Below are positions 1-6,202 of a stretch of 13,188 nt of DNA, piece by piece. The notes beneath the pieces are model-generated. The model was not told the origin of the DNA. It ran no database searches and worked only from the letters and a program-made list of their open reading frames with translations. The DNA is from an uncultured bacterium (lineage in GTDB: Bacteria; Bdellovibrionota; JACOXK01; 2-02-FULL-40-11). The stretch lies in the NCBI GenBank assembly GCA_964392415.1, contig CAYMPL010000054.1, positions 1-13,188 of the forward strand, in the 5' to 3' direction. The translations under genes were made by a program, and so were the position numbers. Each line of letters begins with the position of its first letter. The first letter of the stretch is position 1.

Positions 1-72
1 AAGGGATTAGATGATGTCATTGATCATTCCATTTCAAAAATGGTGAATCCCTATAAATGGAGGAAAGCATGA
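1..72 (+). CDS. 3' end of an upstream gene truncated by the window edge (product unknown; plausibly another gvp operon member)
   Basis: Frame 1 is open from base 1 and reads ...KGLDDVIDHSISKMVNPYKWRKA, ending at TGA 70-72. That stop overlaps the ATG at 69 of the next gene in an ATGA arrangement, the usual signature of translational coupling. Confidence 0.4.
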   Translation, partial: KGLDDVIDHSISKMVNPYKWRKA

Positions 73-830
73 GGCAAGCGCTTTACGTATATTGCGTTGT
101 ATGGTCACCTAATAAGCCTGTGAAGTTTGAAGCGAAAGGGATTTCAGGAAAACAAGTGTATCCTGTTTATTATAAAGATTTAGCGCTCATTATTCATGAA
201 TGTAATCCCATTCCTTATTCTTCCAAAGATCCAAAAAAAGTTTCTGAATGGGTCAAAAAGCATGGTCAAATTATTGATGAAGTATGGGACACTTTCGGCA
301 ACGTTTTGCCCTTTTCATTTAATACCATTATTAAAGAAACCTCCAAACAAAGTGCCTTTGATAATGCGATTTCATGGTTAGAAGAAAAGCATGGGGTGAT
401 TATTCAAAAGATGCGTGAACTAGACTCCCAAGCTGAATTTGGAGTCCAAATTTATTGGGATCGAAAACGAGCGTGCGATAGTTTACTTAAAAACGAGCCC
501 ACTCTTTTAAATCTTCAAAAAGAAATGGCAGAAAAAGGAGAAGGGGCAAAATTTCTCTTTCAAGAAAAATTAGAGAAAGAGCTTCGTCAGCTTTTGGAAA
601 AAGAGGGTTTAAAGTGGACAGATGAATTCTTAAATAAAATTAAAGGGGTTGTTTCTCAATTTAAAATAGAAAAATCAAAAGAAGAAGGGATGATTTTAAA
701 CCTTTCTTGTTTAACGGGTAAGGAAAAATCAGAGCTGGGTGAAGTTTTAGAAGAAATTAAAAATTTGGAAGAATTCCAAGTTCGATTTACAGGGCCTTGG
801 CCTCCTTATAGTTTTTCAAGTTTGGCATGA
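69..830 (+). CDS. gvpF: Gas vesicle protein GvpF/GvpL family. The ORF track starts at 57, but GGAGG at 59-63 is a Shine-Dalgarno sequence for the ATG at 69.
   Basis: The N-terminus LYVYCVV resembles the LY(L/V)YG(I/V)V start typical of GvpF/L. The C-terminal FTGPWPPYSF matches the conserved GPWPPYSF tail of GvpF/L proteins. Length is ~253 aa. GGAGG lies 6 nt upstream of the ATG at 69, and that ATG overlaps the stop of the upstream ORF. Confidence 0.8.
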   Translation: MRQALYVYCVVWSPNKPVKFEAKGISGKQVYPVYYKDLALIIHECNPIPYSSKDPKKVSEWVKKHGQIIDEVWDTFGNVLPFSFNTIIKETSKQSAFDNAISWLEEKHGVIIQKMRELDSQAEFGVQIYWDRKRACDSLLKNEPTLLNLQKEMAEKGEGAKFLFQEKLEKELRQLLEKEGLKWTDEFLNKIKGVVSQFKIEKSKEEGMILNLSCLTGKEKSELGEVLEEIKNLEEFQVRFTGPWPPYSFSSLA

Positions 831-837
831 AGCTTAT

Positions 838-1065
838 ATGAAAGCTACACGTGGTCAAAAACATACGCTTGTCGATTTATTGGATCGAGTTTTAGATCGA
901 GGAGTGATCTTACATGCCGATTTGATTATCTCGGTTTCAGGGATTCCTTTAGTAGGAGTAAGTCTTAAAGCCGCTATCGCTGGCATAGAGACGATGCTTC
1001 AATATGGATATTTTAAAGAGTGGGATCAAGAAATTCGTGAGATAGAAAATAAGAAAACAACATGA
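838..1065 (+). CDS. GvpA/GvpJ/GvpM-family gas vesicle structural protein (small and hydrophobic), more J/M-like than a major GvpA
   Basis: LVDLLDRVLDRGVILHADLIISVSGIPLVGVSLKAAIAGIETMLQYG aligns by eye to the GvpA core ([47 protein letters not shown]). It is 75 aa with a charged C-terminal extension. The stop overlaps the next start in an ATGA arrangement at 1062-1065. Confidence 0.8.
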   Translation: MKATRGQKHTLVDLLDRVLDRGVILHADLIISVSGIPLVGVSLKAAIAGIETMLQYGYFKEWDQEIREIENKKTT

Positions 1066-1454
1066 TTAAAAGTGTGCTTGATCTTCAACGCAAACTTAAA
1101 AAAAGTTCTAAAACTATTTTAGAGCCTCATGAAGAAATTGTTGTAAGCTCAAGTGCGAGTTTTGATGTGGGAGCTTCACTTCATCCCCATTGGAAATTTT
1201 GTAATGTTGTTCTAACCCCTCAAAGATTGGTGTGCTACCAGGTACATCGGATTTTAGCTTCAATTCCCATCGAAAATATTTTGTCTTTTGAAATTGAAAA
1301 AAGAGAATGGATTTTAGGTAAAAAAGTAAAGCAGCTTCGGATCACCTCAAGCGGAAATAAACTGATTTACCTGGCGGTTCGAGATCCTGAAAAATGGATA
1401 TCGTGCGTTGAATATTTAAAAAACAAAAGTGAGAAGATGGCATGTCAAAAATAG
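1062..1454 (+). CDS. Hypothetical protein, possible bacterial PH/GRAM-like fold, translationally coupled inside the gvp operon
   Basis: 130 aa. It overlaps the upstream gene by ATGA and the downstream hsp70 start by 13 nt. The pattern FCNVVLTPQRLVCYQ ... ASIPIENILSFEIEK ... KQLRITSSGNKLIYLAV ... EKWISCVEYL resembles the beta-strand/IPxxxI/C-terminal W-helix layout of bPH/GRAM domains. No motif of a named Gvp protein was recognised. Confidence 0.6.
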   Translation: MIKSVLDLQRKLKKSSKTILEPHEEIVVSSSASFDVGASLHPHWKFCNVVLTPQRLVCYQVHRILASIPIENILSFEIEKREWILGKKVKQLRITSSGNKLIYLAVRDPEKWISCVEYLKNKSEKMACQK

Positions 1455-3199
1455 TGGGCATTGATCTTGGAACTACGAATAGTCTTATTGCCATTGTCAA
1501 AAATGGAAAGCCTCTGGTGATTTCAGATATCGATGGGGCTCTCTTAATTCCTTCGGTTGTGGGATATTCCCCTTCTGATCGAATGCTGGTAGGGAAAGAG
1601 GCCAAGGATCAAAGAATTCTTTATCCCCAAAAAACCATTTATTCGATTAAAAGGAGAATGGGTGAAAAAGTGCGTATTTCACTGGGGAGCCATGAATTTA
1701 CTCCAGAAGAGATTTCTTCTTTTATCTTAAAAAAGCTAAAAGATAATGCCGAACGATTTTTATCTGAAAAAATAGAAAAAGCGGTTATTACCGTTCCTGC
1801 CTACTTTGATGACAGACAACGTCAAGCCACAAAAAAAGCAGGGGAGTTAGCTGGGCTTGAAGTCGTTCGAATTATTAACGAGCCTACGGCTTCTTCTTTG
1901 GCCTATGGGCTGGATCGCGACCCATCTCCTCATACCGTGATGGTTTGGGATTTAGGGGGCGGAACCTTTGATGTTTCCATTCTTGAAATTGGAAATGGGG
2001 TTTTTGAAGTGAAAGCTACTTCTGGTGACACCCATTTAGGAGGAGATGATTGGGACGAAAGATTATTTTCTTATTTGGAAGAAAAGATAGGTAAAGAATT
2101 TGGAAAGGATGTCCTTTCGAATCCCTCCCTTCGAGCAAGACTTTTGGTGAGTTGTGAAAAGACCAAATGTCTTCTTTCAAAAGAAGAAAAGGCAGTCATC
2201 AATCAACCGATTTCATGTGAAGGGGAAAAATATTTTAAAAATTTTAAATATGAAATCACAAGACAAGAATTTGAAGATCTAACAAAAGATCTTTTTGAAA
2301 GACTTCTTCTCCCGACGAAACGAGCGCTATCTGATGCCAAGCTTTTTCCAACAGATATTGATCGGATTATTATGGTGGGTGGATCTTCCCGAATGCCAAA
2401 AGTAAGAGAGCTTGCTCAAAAAGCGATGGGAAAAATTCCCTATACAGAAGTAAACCCCGATGAAGTTGTGGCCTTAGGGGCCGCCCTTCAGGCAGCTATT
2501 ATTTCTCAAGAAATGACAGGAATGGTACTTTTAGATGTGACTCCCCTTTCTTTGGGTATTGAAACTCAAGGAGGGATTTTTACAAAGGTGATTGATCGAA
2601 ATACGCCTATTCCCACCTCTCAAAGTAAGATTTTTACAACGGCCGAAGATAATCAAACGACTTTTGACATTCATATTCTTCAAGGGGAAAGAGAGATTGC
2701 CGTCTATAATCAATCTTTGGGAAAGTTTACTTTAGAAAATATGAGTCCAGCTCCAAAGGGAGAAGTCAAAACAGAGGTTGTTTTTACCATTGATATCAAT
2801 GGAATTCTTCATGTATCTGCTCAAGATCTTCAAACGGGGGAAGAAAGAAAACTCAGTTTAAAAACACTGAAAGATATTACAGAACAAGAAATAGAATTTA
2901 TTCTATCAGAAGCCAAACGCTATGTGTCTCAAGATCAAAAAGAAAAAAATTTAAAGGAACTTTGTATCAAGGCGGAAAGCCTTATTTATGCAACAGAAAA
3001 AATGATTGAAGATTTAAGGGGAAAGTTACCATCCAATTTTATTGAAGAGGCCAGAACACTTATTTCTTCTTTGAAACAAACGCTTCTCAATGCCTCAAAT
3101 GATAGAGAAATTGAACAAAAGGTTTTAGATTTAAGAGAAAAAGTAAATACGGCTTATGAAGGATATCGAAAACAAGAATTAAAATCTCATCATGCATAA
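1442..3199 (+). CDS. Hsp70-family chaperone, a short DnaK/HscC-like paralog, embedded in the gas-vesicle operon
   Basis: The N-terminus has IVGIDLGTTNSLIAIV (the phosphate-1 motif of DnaK IIGIDLGTTNSCVAV). DLGGGTFDVSIL, IIMVGGSSRMPKV and the linker-plus-SBD start VLLDVTPLSLGIETQGGIFT are all present. The protein is 585 aa, so the lid/C-terminal tail is shortened with no GGMP/EEVD-like tail. The start overlaps the upstream ORF. Confidence 0.9.
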   Translation: MSKIVGIDLGTTNSLIAIVKNGKPLVISDIDGALLIPSVVGYSPSDRMLVGKEAKDQRILYPQKTIYSIKRRMGEKVRISLGSHEFTPEEISSFILKKLKDNAERFLSEKIEKAVITVPAYFDDRQRQATKKAGELAGLEVVRIINEPTASSLAYGLDRDPSPHTVMVWDLGGGTFDVSILEIGNGVFEVKATSGDTHLGGDDWDERLFSYLEEKIGKEFGKDVLSNPSLRARLLVSCEKTKCLLSKEEKAVINQPISCEGEKYFKNFKYEITRQEFEDLTKDLFERLLLPTKRALSDAKLFPTDIDRIIMVGGSSRMPKVRELAQKAMGKIPYTEVNPDEVVALGAALQAAIISQEMTGMVLLDVTPLSLGIETQGGIFTKVIDRNTPIPTSQSKIFTTAEDNQTTFDIHILQGEREIAVYNQSLGKFTLENMSPAPKGEVKTEVVFTIDINGILHVSAQDLQTGEERKLSLKTLKDITEQEIEFILSEAKRYVSQDQKEKNLKELCIKAESLIYATEKMIEDLRGKLPSNFIEEARTLISSLKQTLLNASNDREIEQKVLDLREKVNTAYEGYRKQELKSHHA

Positions 3200-3217
3200 C
3201 ATATTGAAAATACTAGG

Positions 3218-3312
3218 TGCAATAGCCGCAGATTTTACCGCTTTTCGTTTGAGGAATTTTCTTTTGGTTTTGATTTATTATTGAAAACGTTAAATGTATT
3301 TTTTGAAGACGA
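3218..3312. repeat. Direct repeat copy A (~95 bp, imperfect). Its reverse complement encodes a decayed copy of the C-terminal tail and stop of the PGPGW gene.
   Basis: 3220-3290 aligns to 4745-4815 with about 5 mismatches in 71 nt, and the shared core gtattttttgaa follows. The reverse complement translates LSSSSKNTFNVFNNKSKPKENSSNEKR*, against GSLSKNTLRAFNNKLKPKENASNEKR* at the end of the 4760..5041 gene. Confidence 0.75.
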
Positions 3313-3349
3313 ACTGAGAACTGCACATTTTTAGATGAAATATTATTGC

Positions 3350-3377
3350 TTGACTCTTCATATTTATATATTATCAT
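3350..3377 (+). promoter_or_regulatory. Sigma70-like promoter for the ATPase gene; the transcript is probably leaderless
   Basis: TTGACT at 3350-3355, a 16-nt spacer, then TATCAT at 3372-3377. The ATG at 3386 lies ~8 nt downstream of the -10 and there is no Shine-Dalgarno sequence upstream, consistent with a leaderless mRNA. Confidence 0.45.
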
Positions 3378-3385
3378 AAATAGTA

Positions 3386-4702
3386 ATGAGGATTTTTATA
3401 AATCAAAAATTATCAAGTAATATTAATGAGTTATTAGAAGATCCATCCGTAGCTGAAGCCATTAAAATCTGGGGTAAAGATGATATAATAGCAAAATCCG
3501 CAATTGATTTAAGTATTTTTAGAACCCCTTTTGGATCCATTTCACTGCTATATGGCCCCAGGCAAATTGGAAAAACAGCAACCTTAAAACTCTTTCTGAC
3601 ACAGGTCCAGGATTCAGAAACGCTCATCTTTACGGACTGCTCTACCATTTTGGATAAAGCGGATCTTGCTCAACATCTTTCAGGACTGATTCAGGGACCT
3701 ACTACGATTGTCTTGGATGAAGTTCAGGAAGTCAACGATTGGCATTTAGCGCTGCGTTCGATGTTTTCGGAAGGAAAGTTAAAAAACTGTCGCATTTGGT
3801 GCACTGGAAGTGAGGCACGTTATCTACTTGAAAGTGGAGAAAGGCTCCCTGGACGAAAGGGAGAAGGAAAAACCATCTTTGCTCGTCCTTGGAGCTTTCG
3901 GGAGTATATGGATTTTTTTTACATCCATGAGACAGCTCCATTTCGATCTCTTTCCTTTAAGCACATCAATCAAAATTGGCTCAATGACCAGAAGATAGAT
4001 TGGTCTAAATATTGGTCTTCGTATCTTTTATCGGGTGGCATCCCTCATGCCGTTGCCTCTTGGATCAACCATGGTAAAATTCCGGATTCGATATGGCATG
4101 TTTATGCAGATTGGATTTTGGGGACATGGTCTCGTGTTCGTACACCCCAACGTTCATTGGCAGCTCTGGCTCGTAGAATTTGTGATACGCTCAATACACG
4201 TGTAAGCTATGAATCTCTAAAAAAGGGAACAGATATTCAAAGCGCCAATACGATTAAAACACTCATCGATTTTCAAGAAGATCATTTTTCGCTTCATTTG
4301 CTTGCTCGTTTTGATACACAAAAAGAGAAATATCTTCCGTCTAAATTAAAAAAAATATATCCCATTGATCCGTTTATTGCGCGTATTTGGACAGCGATTG
4401 GATGGAACATTAGAAGAATTTACGAAGAATCTGTTCCTGAATTAAAATTGGATGAATGTGCTTTTTTGACTCAAATGTTTCGAAAAGAAGATTCTTTGCC
4501 CATTAGCTATCTTTATAGTGATCGCAGTAAATCTGAAATTGATTTTTATTTTGAAGAATGTGGTTTTGAACTCAAATCAAATGGCAATCCAACTCAACAT
4601 CAAAAAGAACTTTTAAAAACATGTCCTCAATCCTTTATCATCAAAAAAGAAAAGCTTCCTCTCATGGCGTATCTAGTTGGAGAGGGAAGAACATCATATT
4701 GA
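3386..4702 (+). CDS. AAA+ ATPase of the AAA_14/DUF4143 (COG1373-like) family with a C-terminal PD-(D/E)xK-like region
   Basis: Walker A LLYGPRQIGKTATLK. Walker B TIVLDEVQEV. C-terminal SEIDFYFEECGFELK carries a D...ExK pattern typical of the restriction-endonuclease-like domain fused in this family. 438 aa. The gene is flanked by the ~95-bp direct repeats. Confidence 0.8.
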   Translation: MRIFINQKLSSNINELLEDPSVAEAIKIWGKDDIIAKSAIDLSIFRTPFGSISLLYGPRQIGKTATLKLFLTQVQDSETLIFTDCSTILDKADLAQHLSGLIQGPTTIVLDEVQEVNDWHLALRSMFSEGKLKNCRIWCTGSEARYLLESGERLPGRKGEGKTIFARPWSFREYMDFFYIHETAPFRSLSFKHINQNWLNDQKIDWSKYWSSYLLSGGIPHAVASWINHGKIPDSIWHVYADWILGTWSRVRTPQRSLAALARRICDTLNTRVSYESLKKGTDIQSANTIKTLIDFQEDHFSLHLLARFDTQKEKYLPSKLKKIYPIDPFIARIWTAIGWNIRRIYEESVPELKLDECAFLTQMFRKEDSLPISYLYSDRSKSEIDFYFEECGFELKSNGNPTQHQKELLKTCPQSFIIKKEKLPLMAYLVGEGRTSY

Positions 4703-4742
4703 GAGTTTAAGTTCAAAATATTGCGAAATTATTTATGCAGGT

Positions 4743-4838
4743 ATCAATAGCTGCAGATTTTACCGCTTTTCGTTTGAGGCATTTTCTTTTGGTTTTAATT
4801 TATTGTTGAAAGCGCGGAGCGTATTTTTTGAAAGTGAA
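4743..4838. repeat. Direct repeat copy B; the original copy, containing the stop codon and last ~26 codons of the convergent PGPGW gene
   Basis: See copy A. The stop TAA of the minus-strand gene (reverse complement of 4760-4762) lies inside the repeat, so the duplicated segment spans the coding/3'UTR boundary. Confidence 0.75.
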
Positions 4839-5041
4839 CCGGCTTTGTCTTTGAATTTTTTGAGGAGGATGCGTGCCCAGATAAATTCCGTTGCCAGAAG
4901 CACAAGCCCTATGAGCATGACCACTATGCCAGGACCTGGGGTAAAGAACATGACGGCGCCTATCAGAACAATCGTACTTCCAATAAGAAAGATGAATATG
5001 CGTTTGAGCGTTTTATAGGTCATTTTGGCGAGTTCGAACAT
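4760..5041 (-). CDS. Small membrane protein with a PGPGW-type motif. The ORF track extends to 5089 with a TTG; the probable start is the ATG at 5039-5041 (MFELAK...).
   Basis: Two predicted TM helices flank FFTPGPGIVVMLIGLVLL, the motif of the putative transmembrane PGPGW family. GGAAG lies ~8 nt upstream of the 5041 ATG. The gene converges on the ATPase gene. Confidence 0.6.
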   Translation of the reverse strand: MFELAKMTYKTLKRIFIFLIGSTIVLIGAVMFFTPGPGIVVMLIGLVLLATEFIWARILLKKFKDKAGSLSKNTLRAFNNKLKPKENASNEKR

Positions 5042-5165
5042 TTGGAATCTTCCCAGTGATTTTATAGACAAAGCGGCGTTATTTTTCAAGAATAAAATCG
5101 GAATGACACTTTAAAAATTTTAATCCATCTTTATCAAACCTTAACAGACAAACGCTATGTATGAC

Positions 5166-5186
5166 CCATTTCCTTCAAGGAAATGG
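5166..5186. promoter_or_regulatory. Perfect 8-bp inverted repeat (CCATTTCC ttcaa GGAAATGG) immediately upstream of the pstS ribosome-binding site
   Basis: Read directly from the sequence. It sits about 15 nt upstream of the AAGGAG Shine-Dalgarno sequence of pstS. It could be a regulator binding site or a 5'-UTR hairpin. Confidence 0.35.
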
Positions 5187-5215
5187 AATTGCGCATTATG
5201 AAAAGGAGACAAACA

Positions 5216-6202
5216 ATGAAAAAGCGAATGGCGCTCATTGCTGGAATATTTACGGTTATCTTAAAAACAAGCTTTGCGCCGCATGCGGCGGCAGATCCGA
5301 CGATTGTCAAAGTGGATGGATCAAGCACGGTATATCCGATCACTGAGGCAGTTGCAGAGGAATTTCAGAAACAAAAAAAGGGGGTTCAGGTGACGGTTGG
5401 AATTTCCGGAACGGGAGGAGGATTTAAAAAGTTTTGCAGGGGGGAAACCGATGTTCAGGATGCTTCCCGCCCTATTCTTGAAGCGGAAATGAAGGTTTGC
5501 AAAGAGAACAACATCAAGTATGTTGAACTCCCGATTGCCTACGATGCTATTACAGTAGTGGTAAGTTCAAAAAATACGTGGGTTAAAAATATAACTGTTT
5601 CAGATCTTAAAAAGATCTGGGAGCCGGATGCCCAGGGAAAAATTCTAAAATGGAATCAGGTGCGGCCCGAATGGCCAAATTCCCAGATTAAATTGTTTGG
5701 CGCCGGTTCTGATTCCGGGACGTTTGATTACTTCACCGAAGCGATCGTTGGAAAATCAAAATCGAGTCGGGGGGATTACACGAGCAGTGAAGATGATAAT
5801 ACCCTTGTTACAGGTGTGAGCACCGATAAACATGCGTTAGGATATATCCCGTTTTCCTATTATGCCGCGAATACGAAACGCCTAAAGGCATTGAGTGTGG
5901 AGGGAATATTCCCCTCAGCAGCCACCATTGACGCAGGCGCTTATACGCCGCTTTCCCGGCCTATCTTTATTTATGTGAATTTGAAGGCGGTTGAAAGGGC
6001 CGAAGTAAAAGAGTTCTCAGAGTTTTATTTAAAGCAAGCCGCTCTTTTGGCGAAGCAGGTCAAATATGTCCCGCTGCCAGCCCCTCTATATGCGCAGGCG
6101 CTCAAAAATTTTCAAAAGAGAAAATTGGGAACTGCCTTTGGGGGGAAGCCTGAAGTGGGAATAAAAGTTGGGGAGCTCCTAAAGCGTGGGTCCAAATACT
6201 GA
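5216..6202 (+). CDS. pstS: Phosphate ABC transporter substrate-binding protein PstS. The ORF track starts at 5183, but AAGGAG at 5203-5208 supports the ATG at 5216.
   Basis: The signal peptide is MKKRMALIAGIFTVILKTSFAPHAAADP. Motifs of the PBP-like_2 PstS family are present (SSTVYPITEA, GISGTGGGFKKF). The gene is first in a pstSCAB-phoU operon. Confidence 0.85.
   Translation: MKKRMALIAGIFTVILKTSFAPHAAADPTIVKVDGSSTVYPITEAVAEEFQKQKKGVQVTVGISGTGGGFKKFCRGETDVQDASRPILEAEMKVCKENNIKYVELPIAYDAITVVVSSKNTWVKNITVSDLKKIWEPDAQGKILKWNQVRPEWPNSQIKLFGAGSDSGTFDYFTEAIVGKSKSSRGDYTSSEDDNTLVTGVSTDKHALGYIPFSYYAANTKRLKALSVEGIFPSAATIDAGAYTPLSRPIFIYVNLKAVERAEVKEFSEFYLKQAALLAKQVKYVPLPAPLYAQALKNFQKRKLGTAFGGKPEVGIKVGELLKRGSKY

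Noticed and set aside
196-381. Small ORFs nested in or antisense to larger genes (196..381, 1342..1605, 2531..2713, 3403..3648, 3732..3941, 3810..3998, 6413..6685, 6633..6818, 7535..7915, 9047..9352, 9981..10190, 11102..11326, 11537..11773, 11650..11838, 12056..12253, 12272..12577, 12417..12641)
   Set aside because: All lie wholly inside well-supported longer genes (gvpF, hsp70, ATPase, pstC, pstA, phoU, phoR, phoB, the 12059 ORF). None has its own Shine-Dalgarno signal, and their compositions look like out-of-frame or antisense translations.
4677-5018. 113-aa plus-strand ORF spanning the ATPase 3' end, repeat B and the antisense of the PGPGW gene
   Set aside because: It has no ribosome-binding site and begins inside the ATPase gene. 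It is antisense to a gene with a strong family motif (PGPG) and clear TM helices. Its N-terminal part is simply the repeat read in another frame. It is most likely a non-coding shadow ORF.
5090-5165. Searched the pstS upstream region for an E. coli-type Pho box (CTGTCAT x2) and a clean -35/-10 pair
   Set aside because: Only fragments were found (TGACAC at ~5104-5109 in the wrong orientation, TTAACA with 13-nt spacing to TATGAC). Nothing is convincing enough to annotate, so only the palindrome at 5166-5186 is reported.
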